The position numbers and the translations under genes were made by a program. The notes under the pieces are model-generated. The model searched no databases. It was given only the letters and a program-made list of their open reading frames with translations, and was not told the DNA's origin. From NCBI GenBank assembly GCA_965233585.1, contig CBDDTI010000670.1, forward strand, positions 1-44,432: a DNA stretch of 44,432 nucleotides, written 5' to 3'. Source of the DNA: a bacterium. Lineage in GTDB: Bacteria > SAR324 > NAC60-12. This document shows positions 30,654 to 41,206 of the stretch, piece by piece; the first letter of the stretch is position 1; every line of letters starts with the position of its first letter.

Positions 30654-30659
30654 CGCGGA

Positions 30660-31419
30660 ATGGATTATAATATTTATTGCGTGTCAAACGCTAGTTCCGA
30701 TACGGATGACAAAAATACTTTGAATTCTTTTACCAATTTATTTCCACAAAATTTAGACTTGAAAGATAGAGAATGGGAAATTGGAATAGTGTCTATTGGA
30801 TTACATTATAATTACAACCAATTAACTTTGTCAAAAGGCCAATCTTGTTTTATCACGCTAAAAAACGAATTAACATCTATAGACTCTTCGGAAGAAGACA
30901 TAAGGTCCGAAATTTTAGACCAGACAAAATCCATTTGGGTTTTGCCTGATTTAGATGAAGATGTATTGACAGTGCATAGACTGATGCAAAACTTGATGCA
31001 ATATATTTACAAGGAAGGAATGGGATTGTATAGTTTTAAACCCAAATCAGGGGGTAAAGATGAAAAAGCTTATGTAATAGATGAAAATCCGAAAAAAGAA
31101 ATGGAAAATGAAAATTACAATTATAATAGATATTTGTTGATACATAAACATTTAATAAAAATTTTAAGATTAAAATGTTACCAAAACGGCTTTGTGTCCT
31201 CCCAAGCAAAAACAATTAAGTTATTCGACAACGAATATGCATACTCTTCTGTAAAGAAAAATTTTGCGCTTCTAACTACAGCAATTAAAGCGTATTCCGT
31301 TTTGAAACCCGGTCTGGTTCAAATAAAATCAAATATTATTTCCGACGTTCCCAGCGGAAATAGTTATTCCACAATTATGTTTACAATGACTTTGCCTAAT
31401 CAAATGGAAGGTTATTATT
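30660..31419 (+). pseudogene. Minor capsid gene truncated by the non-LTR element
   Basis: Identity to copy A stops after NQMEGYY. Confidence 0.88.
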
Positions 31420-34400
31420 GTTGTTGTTGTATTGATCGCTGGGGGAACTCCATGGAACGGTCGAACCCCGCTCGAGCGAGCACCAGACAGGGTGCTCATG
31501 GCTCTCTGAGCGATGTGAGTTTAATACAACATCAGAGATTACCCCGGCTGACCAGGGCAAGTCTCAGGATGTTCTGACCTATCATGGTCCAGCAGTTCAG
31601 CAATTATTGGCTCCCTGAGGAACCTGCTGAGCTGACATATTGACCATTTGATAGGACCCCTAGCAGGCTCCCCTCCCCCCAGGCCCCGTGTTGCCAAACA
31701 CTCGGTCCATAGGTGAAGGGCATCCTCTTTACTCCCCCCACACAATCTGCACACATTACTTCCCCCCCCCCCCCAGCAAGTTTACACCTGTGTCTGAGAA
31801 GGTTGTTGTGCCCAGTGGTGAAGTGGATAACATGGCTCAAATCGTAGCGATTGAGCCTTCTAACAAAATGTGCAGGCACATTTTTAATTGCAGGGAACCA
31901 GACCTTTGTCTGTTGACAAGCTGCCAACTTTGCCCACCTAAGCTGCCATTTGTTGTTCCCCCATTGCTTAATTGCATTTTTAATTGCCTGCTTGCTCAGT
32001 GGGGCAGTGTGGGTCTGGACCAATGCCCAATCCACTCCTACCCCACCTTGCCCAGCAGCAGAAAAGTGGTCCAACCAACTTTTGTTGTTGGACACACAAA
32101 CTTTATTGCCCGTTTTCTCTGCCAGTTTGGACATTGCAGAGAGAAGGGCCTTAGAATCGGAGTCCCTAATCAAAGGTTGTTTGAGGGAGGATGGGCTATG
32201 ATGGGAGAGGATAATTACCCTCACCCCTCCCTCCACCAGGTGATATAAGGCCCCTAAAATAGTCTCAAACCCCTTGTATAAACAATTCAGTTTTTGACCA
32301 ATAACTATGCACTGATGTGAAACCTGGCCCATCAAGCCACACCCCTCGAAGAGAGACATGAACCTGACTGAATGGTCCAGGTATTCAGTAAAAACAGCAC
32401 ATACAAGAACCTCTTTGTCAAAGACAAAGTTATCAACAAAGGTACATGGAGGGTCCCAGTTAAAGTGTCTGAGACCAGTTTTCTCAGGCGGGGCATTGCC
32501 CAACCCAAGCCCCAGCCTCAGCTTATTCCAGGTCCACACATGCCCCCTTGTACTTCGGAAGCCTATTCCATCCCACCTTATCCTAGGTTTCCAACGGATC
32601 GAATCTGCCATACCAGATTCCAGTGCAACCAAATCAAGGGGTTTTAACCCAAGAATCACCTCCAGACCTGCTGAAGGTGTACTTTTCTTGACTGGTGAAG
32701 TTAAGCAGGCAGCCAACCTATTGAGCTGCCTCAATTTGTCAAGGGTGATCTTGTTCAATTCAAGGTGGCCCCAGACCAGGGAACCGTAGGTGAGCGAGGG
32801 CACTACCAGGCTTTCGAAGGCCCAGAGCACCATCTTGGGGGACGGCCCCCATTTCACCCCCAGAGCCGACCTCAAAGAGCACAATTTCCCCTTGCATTTG
32901 TTAACTTTCTTAGTAATATGCGGATTCCAGTTCAACTTCTTGTTCAGGGTGAGGCCAAGGTAGGTGACCTCATCCGAGAAGGAGAGCTTGGTCCCATTAA
33001 TGTAAAGGTTTTCCTTTACCACAAGTTTGTTCTTCCTATGAAACAGGATGACCTGCGTTTTCATAGGGGAGAACCTGAGGCCATTGTCCTCACCCCACTG
33101 GACTGCCACATCAATGGCAGGTTGGGCGAGGTTGACCAGGATATCCGGATCCTTTCCTGTTATCAGGAACATCCCATCATCAGCATAGCCTTTAGGCCTA
33201 ACGCCGGGAATCCTCTCAAGACCGTCCAGAAGACTGTCAAAGACAATGTTCCAGACCAGTGGTGAGAGGATTCCCCCTTGAGGTGTGCCTCTGGTTAGAG
33301 ATCGACACCTAGTGGTTTTCCCTAGGGAAGCCTGTACAAAGCGGGTGGTCAGGTAATGACCATACCACTTTATAATATCAGGGGGGACCTTTTTTGCTCT
33401 GAGGCCCTCCAATACCTTGGAGGTTTGGACATTATCGAATGCCCCTTCTATATCGAAGAAAACCCCCAGAGCCAGATCCCCTCTGAGAATCACAGATTCA
33501 ATACTGTCCACCACCTCTGAGATACAAGAGGAGGTGGACCTACCTTTCCTGAAGGCATGCTGGTGTCTGGATAGAGCATCCACAACACCAATCTCCTCCA
33601 GGTACCACACAATAACCCGTTCCATTCCTTTGAGCAAGAAAGAGGTCAGGGAGATTGGGCGGAAGGACCGGGGTGAGGAGTAGTCACTCTTTCCCACCTT
33701 GGGGATAAGGACAGCTTTGGCCCCCCTCCACCTTTCCGGGACATAACCCAGGGCCAGGCTCACATTGTAAATGAGAGCCAGCCTCCCCAGGCTCACCCCA
33801 TCCAGGTTTTGAAGGACCTCAGTGCCAATCCCATCCGGTCCAGGAGCTTTCCCTTTTTTAAAGGATTTGAAGGCGACTTCAAGTTTCCTAGGGGAAAAAA
33901 GGTCAGGAATGTCATCCTTGATGACATAATGCAGAGGAGATGTTTGGACCCCTTTGAGCTTGGTTGAATCTGGAAAGAACTCATCCAGAAGGGTGTCCAA
34001 CACCTCCCCCCTAGATTGAGTGTAAGTGCCATCCCTCTTTTTTAGGTGTCCAACCTGCGGTTGCCTTTTTTGAAGGATGGCCCTTGACACTTTCAACATG
34101 CCGTCCATATTGGACGCATCCTCTGTAAAGGATTTCCAGGCCAGCTTCTTTGCCACACGAATGGCTTTGCAGAAGTTGTTCCTGGCCTGCTTATACTGAA
34201 CCCACAGGGAGAAGTCATCCCTGTGTTTCATAACTTGCTGTTGGAGATGCCTAACCTTACTTCTTTGTGAAGATAGGTCAGCATTCCACCAAGGATTGGT
34301 TTGTCTACGCCTAACCTTAATCTTCGGACACACCCTTGAGATACAGTACTTAAGGTCACCGTAGAAGAGCCTTGTTTCCCTATCTAAAGTTTTTGCTGTC

Positions 34401-35390
34401 CAAAATCGGTGTGGTCTGAAGTTCGAACTTCTATCACCCATCAAGGTCGAAAATTTACACCAGTCGGCCTTCTTGGTTGCCCAGACCTGAGACGGTTGTG
34501 CTTGGGCTTCCATGTCCAGCCTAAAAGTGATCCTTCTGTGGTCAGACAAGTGATCTCTGGTGTCAACTTTCCACCTACTTATGTATTTAAACATACCACT
34601 AGTACACAGAGTAATGTCAATTATTGTACCTGTGCCTCTGCCAACAAAGGTGGGAGAAGAGCCTTTGTTGCAAATGATGAGTCCATGTTGGAAGATGAGC
34701 TCTTCGATCATGTCCCCCCTAGAATTGGAGTCCAAGGACCCCCACATAGGACTGTGTGCATTGGCATCCATGGAGATGAGAATGTTACAGTCACCCCTGT
34801 CCTCAAGAAGCTGGACAAGCTGAAGAGGAACATGGTTAATGGTAATGTCACAATAGACAGAAACCACAAAAGCTTCTTCACCCGTTCCCATTTGAAGTTG
34901 ACATGTAACTATGTCCCTCCCTGTGTACTCTGGGCAAAGAAGTAAATTGCAACCCTTGGTGAGGATGGTTGACCTACCCCTACCCCCTTCCCCTTGGTAG
35001 TAGCAGCCAAAAAGTTTGGGGATGCCCACAGGGTAGTTCCTTCCCCCCAAGTAAGGTTCTTGAATCAGTGCTACCACCTGACATTTAGCCAACATCATGT
35101 CATGAACAAGACAATCTGTTGCAAATTTAGAGTGATGAAGATTTGCTTGGATAATCAGGCCACTCATTTACCCAAATTATCTAACAAGAATAAAGAAGTG
35201 TAAAAGTTTTGCAGAAAGTTCCTGAAAAATTATTATTAATTTCACAAAAACCTGTACAAAAGTTTCCACCCAACAATGGACTGTAGTCTTTAGGCTTGCT
35301 GTCCTTGACCACAGACCCAATGTAGGCATTGTCCTTGTTGTCCATGTTTGGAAAGCAAATTCCGGATCATCAAGAGACAAGCTGGAATGA
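31420..35390 (-). mobile_element. APE-type non-LTR retrotransposon (LOA/R1/I-group-like), 5' boundary approximate
   Basis: APE-RT ORF, short 3' UTR and a (CAA)n tail (TTGTTGTTGTTG on the + strand). No target-site duplication visible. Confidence 0.9.
31539..35167 (-). CDS. ORF2: AP endonuclease, reverse transcriptase, RNase H-like remnant and CCHC finger (frameshift near 31750)
   Basis: IIQANLHHS, LIQEPY, MDANAHSPMWGS, LSDHR, KAPGPDG, FRPISLTS, FFDIEGAFD, GTPQGGILSP and YADD. CRLCGGSKEDALHLWTEC lies in a shifted frame. Confidence 0.92.
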
Positions 35391-35507
35391 GACACGTATT
35401 GTATATATATCTCAGAGAGTTTTGGTGAGCTAAATTTTTGAAATTTCCCGCCCATCAAAACAAAATCGTCAACAAGTGACGTAGACAAAAGTGACAGTAC
35501 ATCGAAT

Positions 35508-35918
35508 TTGAATTTGAATTTAAATTTAATGAAACTGAAACTTATCTCGTTGCAAGACGTCTTGAGAGTAGCAACAATCCTCCATCCACCAATCAGAAGC
35601 GTGGCGAGTTCGAGTTCGCCAGCCTCGAAGCTGGACGGCGGAGCGAAGAACGAATTGATATTGATCGGCGAAGCGTTCGAATTCGTCTTCAGTACCGGGT
35701 GCAGTGGTGCCGAAGGCAACGTCGATGCCGCCGACGATGACGCCACCCCCGATGAGGACGACGATGAGGATGGGGACGACGACGAAGACGACGTCCGGAT
35801 CTCCGGAAACCACTCAGCCGCAACAGCAAAGCTGAAATTAGTTTTAAACAAGCTAAAAAACTTAATTAAAACAATGCGCAAAATTGCTATTTCTTTGATC
35901 GAGATCTCCGAAATATAA
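35508..35918 (+). CDS. Hypothetical protein with acidic tract (start uncertain, possibly decayed)
   Basis: Open frame with DDDATPDEDDDEDGDDDEDD. Confidence 0.35.
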   Translation: MNLNLNLMKLKLISLQDVLRVATILHPPIRSVASSSSPASKLDGGAKNELILIGEAFEFVFSTGCSGAEGNVDAADDDATPDEDDDEDGDDDEDDVRISGNHSAATAKLKLVLNKLKNLIKTMRKIAISLIEISEI

Positions 35919-35920
35919 TC

Positions 35921-36235
35921 TTGCCAAATATTCAAAGCAACGATTATTTTTCCGATGCGACTTGTCTGTTTGAGTGCTGCATCGCAACTCCCCCGAACCG
36001 CGTTGTGCATCATTCTTTGCGTCGCATGTGCGCGCATCTTCGTAAAATCAACGAAGCATTAGAATCTCTGGACAGTGAATTGGTGCAGTACAGGGCTTGC
36101 ATCAAAGACAAACTTCTTGGCAAACTTAATAATTCACGCGACTCCGATACCAAATTATGGTGGCATCGTGAAATTTCGAATGAAATGAAAGTTTTCCATT
36201 TTTTATGCGTCATTTTGCATGAAATTGTTGTGTAA
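35921..36235 (+). CDS. Hypothetical helical protein, paralogue of 8964-9308 (start uncertain)
   Basis: LRKINEALESLD...YRACIKD...DSDTK...EMKVFH aligns without gaps to LNRINKILKSLD...YRKNVKD...DSETR...ELRVYH. Confidence 0.6.
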   Translation: MPNIQSNDYFSDATCLFECCIATPPNRVVHHSLRRMCAHLRKINEALESLDSELVQYRACIKDKLLGKLNNSRDSDTKLWWHREISNEMKVFHFLCVILHEIVV

Positions 36236-36283
36236 AGATTTTTGTTTAGAACATTATCCAATTCGTGAAGAAGTAGTAGAAGC

Positions 36284-36589
36284 ATGAGCATCTCTTTGCG
36301 CCGAACGCCAAATTCTGACCAAGATAAAACATCCCGTTTTGAAGAAGTAGACCAAGATACGTTTCATCAAGATTTGCAATCTCCTGATTTTTGTTCAAGA
36401 AACGATTGTTGTAGTCTGTGCGCGATGATTTTATCAATTATTGTTATTACTTCCATTTTTCTTTGGTTAATGTACGGACTAACTTATAACGGTTTAAAGG
36501 CGCTTAATTTTGCGAATCAAACTTTAGTAGATATTTCTTTATTAAATCTCACCAATAATTTGTTATTTTCAAATAAATTGTTTTATTGA
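36284..36589 (+). CDS. Small single-pass membrane protein
   Basis: TM segment LCAMILSIIVITSIFLWLMYGL, sequons NQT and NLT, and AATAAA right after the stop. Confidence 0.65.
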   Translation: MSISLRRTPNSDQDKTSRFEEVDQDTFHQDLQSPDFCSRNDCCSLCAMILSIIVITSIFLWLMYGLTYNGLKALNFANQTLVDISLLNLTNNLLFSNKLFY

Positions 36590-36597
36590 AATAAAAT

Positions 36598-38337
36598 TTA
36601 AATCGGATTTTTAATTACAATGTTTAAAATTACTCTTCGATCGTTGTTAAATTCAATTAAATTCCCGTCTAATCTCCTCAGCTCGATCTTCATGTTGTCT
36701 AAATAATCGACATTGCATCTTATGAATTCTAAATGCTCGAAATGGATAGAACAGTAATCATTTTGTGTGGATTGGCCGATTGTTGGTATAACTCTAAATA
36801 TTGGGTAAAATTTGTCTCCAATAATGGAATGTTGAACAAAATTTGCATAACATATCATAACACCGGGATATAACTTGTAAACGTCTATTGGTTGTGGCGC
36901 TTCAAAAAATCTTTCCTTAGTCACTGCAAGCATGACGTAATCACCTCGTTCCTCAATTCTTGCAAGTTCTTTCTCCGTGTAATCGTACATTCCTAAAAAC
37001 GGGCAAAAGTTTTTGGGAATGCTTATCGAAAAGGGTTTATTTGTTTTAGCCACAATCCTAAAGAATCCGTTAAAGTTGTCAAAATGTAAAATTTCCTTTA
37101 GTTCTTCAGATAACAGACGGTTCATTGATGTTGTTAGATCATCAGAGTTGCAGAAATAAAGTTTTGGTATTTCCACGACGTGTCTTTTTGTTTCGTTTTG
37201 GTTCATCAACACATTAAAGATAAACGGATTCCTTCCAATTGATTCTGGAATGCTACATATGGTGTTGGGAAAAGATATATCCATCAAGGCTATTTTTGCG
37301 TTTTGATTCAAACTTATTGGATGTTTTAAGTGCACCCAAAAGCTACTATTTGTATTTTCGTAATTCAATTTGGTATCTACTTGTGAATCAATTCGTACGT
37401 GCGTTAATTCGTAATCCATATTTTTGTCTTTTTCTTTTAAATGAAAATGCACTATAGACGGCTGTCCTTCGTTTAAACTTAAAAGATTTCCAAAAGAATC
37501 TGTAAATTGTGTGTTTATCGTTTCGATATTGGTTTGTCGCACCTGATAATATCTGATTTTTTTTACATTATGGTAAAAATAATGACCTTCCATTTGATTA
37601 GGCAAAGTCGTTGTAAACATAATTGTAGAATAACTATTTCCGCTGGGAACGTCGGAAATAATATTTGATTTTATTTGAACCAGACCGGGCTTCAAAACGG
37701 AATACGCATTAATTGCTGTAGTTAGAAGCGCAAAATTTTTCTTTACAGAAAAGTATGCATATTCGTTGTCGAATAACTTAATTGTTTTTGCTTGGGAGGA
37801 CACAAAGCCGTTTTGGTAATATTTTAACCTTAAAATTTTTATTAAATGTTTATGTATCAACAAATATCTATTATAATTGTAATTTTCATTTTCCATTTCT
37901 TTTTTCGGATTTTCATCTATTACGTAAGCTTTTTCATCTTTACCCCCTGATTTGGGTTTAAAACTATACAATCTCATTCCTTCCTTGTAAATATATTGCA
38001 TCAAGTTTTGCATCAGTCTATGCACTGTCAATACATCTTCATCTAAATCAGGCAAAACCCAAATGGATTTTGTCTGGTCTAAAATTTCGGACCTTATGTC
38101 TTCTTCCGAAGAGTCTATAGATGTTAATTCGTTTTTTAACGTGATAAAACAAGGTTGGCCTTTTGACAAAGCTAATTGGTTGTAATTATAATGTAATCCA
38201 ATAGACACTATTCCAATTTCCCATTCTCTATCTTTCAAGTCTAAATTTTGTGGAAATAAATTGGTAAAAGAATTTAAAGTATTTTTGTCATCCGTATCGG
38301 AACTAGCGTTTGACACGCAATAAATGTTATAATCCAT
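36598..38337 (-). CDS. Tandem-unit minor capsid protein, copy C
   Basis: Intact 579-aa homologue of 26178-27917. Confidence 0.8.
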   Translation of the reverse strand: MDYNIYCVSNASSDTDDKNTLNSFTNLFPQNLDLKDREWEIGIVSIGLHYNYNQLALSKGQPCFITLKNELTSIDSSEEDIRSEILDQTKSIWVLPDLDEDVLTVHRLMQNLMQYIYKEGMRLYSFKPKSGGKDEKAYVIDENPKKEMENENYNYNRYLLIHKHLIKILRLKYYQNGFVSSQAKTIKLFDNEYAYFSVKKNFALLTTAINAYSVLKPGLVQIKSNIISDVPSGNSYSTIMFTTTLPNQMEGHYFYHNVKKIRYYQVRQTNIETINTQFTDSFGNLLSLNEGQPSIVHFHLKEKDKNMDYELTHVRIDSQVDTKLNYENTNSSFWVHLKHPISLNQNAKIALMDISFPNTICSIPESIGRNPFIFNVLMNQNETKRHVVEIPKLYFCNSDDLTTSMNRLLSEELKEILHFDNFNGFFRIVAKTNKPFSISIPKNFCPFLGMYDYTEKELARIEERGDYVMLAVTKERFFEAPQPIDVYKLYPGVMICYANFVQHSIIGDKFYPIFRVIPTIGQSTQNDYCSIHFEHLEFIRCNVDYLDNMKIELRRLDGNLIEFNNDRRVILNIVIKNPI

Positions 38338-38343
38338 TCCGCG

Positions 38344-39432
38344 CTATTGTGGCATATCGACTATGTCTTTTTCGTATGTCCAACTAGGGTTTTTATACCC
38401 TTTCCATTTTATTAAAGCCATTTTTTCTCCGGTTTTTTTATCTTTTTTGGTCCGGAGAATCTTTTCGATGGCAAATACTTCTGGCTCATCTACTGGTGTA
38501 AGTTCACTTTCATAAAAATTTCCTTCCAAAGTTTCATCCTGTTCCAAAGTCTCTAACTCATAAGTGGGTTTTGGCAAACGTGTAGAAATTGATTTTATTT
38601 TAAAAATTTCTTCTTTGAATTGCGGCGTAAATCCTCTGTCAAATTTTCCCTTCATAATACTAATACGCACGGTTTGACCGATTTTGTATTTTGGTTTCGT
38701 TCTTTTAATCTTTGAATAAACCAATTCTTGTTTTCTTCTAATGTGATAGGTTCTTCCGGGGAGTTCTGCTTCAGCGGGTGACATTCCGATCATGCGATGT
38801 TTACGATTGTTGTAGGTATGGACAAGAAAGGGTAACGCGTCAATGTACCTATCGGTATTTTCGTGAGTCATGTATCTAAACAATAGGTTTTTTAAAGTTC
38901 GGTTAAATCTTTCCACAAAGGGGGCGTGCACAAAATTATTGCTGTGTAACAGAAGAATGTTATTGTTTTTGCAATAGGCTTGAAACAATTTATTCTTAAT
39001 TTCCGCTCCTTTATCGGCTAAAATTCTACGCGGAAATTGTTTTGCTCTTTTCATAATAGATTCAAAGCCTTCCATAAATGTTTTTGCCATTTTATTTTTT
39101 AGTGGTTCTACAAAGGCAAATCGTGTAAAAATATCAATGGCTGTCAAAAGGTATCTATTAGAATCATTTTGTTCAGCCAAATTTCCTAAATCTATAAGGT
39201 CAATTTGAAACTGATACCGTTTTCGATAAGCAAATGTTGGATTTCTCGGTCTGGGAAATTTAGGCTGTTTGTGTAATGTGTAGGAGTCTGTTCCTTTTAG
39301 CCACTCCTCGATTAACGTCAAAGGGATTTGTTTCTCATAATAATGATAGATTAGGGCGGGAGACGCAAAAGCTATTGGCGAACCCGGTTTCGCGTATTCT
39401 TTTAAAAAAGTCTCTTTTGTCGTTGTCGACAT
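38344..39432 (-). CDS. int: Integrase, copy C
   Basis: Intact 362-aa homologue. Confidence 0.95.
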   Translation of the reverse strand: MSTTTKETFLKEYAKPGSPIAFASPALIYHYYEKQIPLTLIEEWLKGTDSYTLHKQPKFPRPRNPTFAYRKRYQFQIDLIDLGNLAEQNDSNRYLLTAIDIFTRFAFVEPLKNKMAKTFMEGFESIMKRAKQFPRRILADKGAEIKNKLFQAYCKNNNILLLHSNNFVHAPFVERFNRTLKNLLFRYMTHENTDRYIDALPFLVHTYNNRKHRMIGMSPAEAELPGRTYHIRRKQELVYSKIKRTKPKYKIGQTVRISIMKGKFDRGFTPQFKEEIFKIKSISTRLPKPTYELETLEQDETLEGNFYESELTPVDEPEVFAIEKILRTKKDKKTGEKMALIKWKGYKNPSWTYEKDIVDMPQ

Positions 39433-39834
39433 TTAAAACAGAGGTTCTTTCAATATTTTGCGCCTTTTTTTCCTAGATTGCGTAATTGACGAGGGTTTCC
39501 TTTTTCTGTTCGAATTTTGAGTTCGATAGTCGTCGTTGCTATCGGCTTGTCGGGCAGCGTTAAGCAAAATACCTCGTGTAGCGGATTTTAAACGTTGTTT
39601 TGCTTTTCTGCCCACCGGTTGACCCTCCAAAGCTTCTATCGCCGTTTCTACAGCCGCTCTTGTCGCTTCTTTTTTTAAAGCTTTTCCTACAGATTTTATC
39701 GGGGCGCTTTTGGCTACACGTCCAATAGTTTTTATCGTCGATTTTGCTACCGGCATTAATCCGCGAAAAATTCCGGAAAAAAGCGATCCAATTCCCGAAC
39801 CTCGTTGCCAATGTAAACCGCTGTGGTAATTCAT
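39433..39834 (-). CDS. Basic core protein, copy C
   Basis: Intact 133-aa homologue. Confidence 0.78.
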   Translation of the reverse strand: MNYHSGLHWQRGSGIGSLFSGIFRGLMPVAKSTIKTIGRVAKSAPIKSVGKALKKEATRAAVETAIEALEGQPVGRKAKQRLKSATRGILLNAARQADSNDDYRTQNSNRKRKPSSITQSRKKRRKILKEPLF

Positions 39835-39843
39835 ATATGTATA

Positions 39844-40601
39844 TTATTGATTTAGACTTTTACGACATCTGTACAACGACATAACACTGACGCCTAAAAT
39901 GTGAGCCATATTTTTGACGCTTAAATATCGCAATTTGGATTCTTTTAAAAAGGCATAAGCGCATGCAGCTAATAAAGTTCTTGGAGCAAAAGAACTATTT
40001 TCATTTTTTTTAATATTTGTTCAATGGACGTCATTTCTTGATAATTTAACTGCAGCGGCTGTAAAAAATATTCTTTCATATCTTTCGCTTTTATGTAATT
40101 GTCTAATTTATTCATGTCAGTCAAATCCCGTCTGTATAATTTCATCCAACGCCACACTATCTTTGGATTAACGCCGACTTCTTGACACAAATGACTTATC
40201 GGGCGGGGAATTTTTTCTTTTATCAACCCTTGATACAACGTCATAACCACCAATCCTTTGGCATCTATTTTAATTTTTCCACCTTTTCGATAATGCCACG
40301 CTGCTATATCTGACCATAGATTCAAAATAACATTTGTAACATCATTATTTAAATGTAATTTATTGCATAAAATTTTTAAAATATTTTTTTCTTTCTCTAA
40401 ATGCCGGTTTTTTTGTTTAATTTCTTCATCAAATGTTTTTATTTTGTCCAATTCTGTTTCCAAATTTGATTTTGTTAAATTATAGCAATATATTTTATCA
40501 ATAACTAATCCACACTCGGTACACACCACGTCCCCTTGCCTGGTGTCTTCTACTGGATATTCATGATTGCATATTTTAGTATAATCTACTTTCTCGTGCA
40601 T
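39844..40601 (-). pseudogene. TFIIB: TFIIB-like gene, copy C, with a 1-nt frameshift in an A-run (~40004-40011)
   Basis: A8 here versus A9 in copies A and B. Could be a sequencing error. Confidence 0.78.
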
Positions 40602-40657
40602 AATTTTGATGTTTATTGTATAAATATTAAAACTCAACTAAATAAACATTATTCACA

Positions 40658-41200
40658 TCATTCGATTTTATATTTTTTTAATAATTTAATAATAATTTTT
40701 ATTCCTTGTTTAGCATCTTCTTCGCTGGAGGCTCCAATTATAACTATTTTTCCCGACGAAAATATTAAAGCTGAACACTTTTTTATTTTTAAAAATACGC
40801 CTGGGAATTTTTCTGGGTCGTATCTCTTATGAATGATTTCAAAGTCTTCATTCAATTTTAAATGGTTGTAAAATCTCAATAATTTGATCTCTTCTTTTGA
40901 TTGATACAAACAAGTCATGTTTTCTACTTTAAATATTTTAACAACAAATTCGCTATTTATAATAAGTTTTAGTTCGTCTAATGCTTTCGCAATGTGTTCT
41001 GTAGAGGGAATTTTTGTAATGTTTACGTGAAAATGTCGATTTTGTTTTGTTTTGGTAAATATAATAAAGGAATATTTTTTTCTTATTACAACAAAATTAT
41101 TATAACGTTTTATTGTATTATCGGTATTAAAAGAAATTTCGTCGCTGTTAATAAGATGAACTTTACAACTAATTTTTACATTGCTGACCAGCACTTCCAT
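40658..41200 (-). CDS. TBP: TBP-like protein, copy C
   Basis: Intact; three amino-acid differences from copy A (V>I, S>L, V>I). Confidence 0.88.
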   Translation of the reverse strand: MEVLVSNVKISCKVHLINSDEISFNTDNTIKRYNNFVVIRKKYSFIIFTKTKQNRHFHVNITKIPSTEHIAKALDELKLIINSEFVVKIFKVENMTCLYQSKEEIKLLRFYNHLKLNEDFEIIHKRYDPEKFPGVFLKIKKCSALIFSSGKIVIIGASSEEDAKQGIKIIIKLLKKYKIE

Positions 41201-41206
41201 CTTGTT

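Larger units (their letters stand above)
28161..31419 (+). repeat. Copy B: tandem duplication of 23678-~26937 (offset 4482-4483 bp)
   Basis: Near-identical sequence starting mid-TBP, with a 2-bp TC microhomology at the junction. Ends at the non-LTR insertion. Confidence 0.95.

Noticed and set aside
30660..31577. Novel 305-aa protein with a poly-Cys tract
   Set aside because: A chimeric read-through from the truncated penton into the antisense LINE tail (TGT repeats).
35177..36037. 286-aa minus-strand ORF
   Set aside because: Spans the LINE/Polinton junction and is antisense to plus-strand frames, one of which has paralogue support.
40000..40015. Programmed frameshift in copy C TFIIB
   Set aside because: A single-base difference in a homopolymer; copies A and B are in frame, so this is a mutation or sequencing error.
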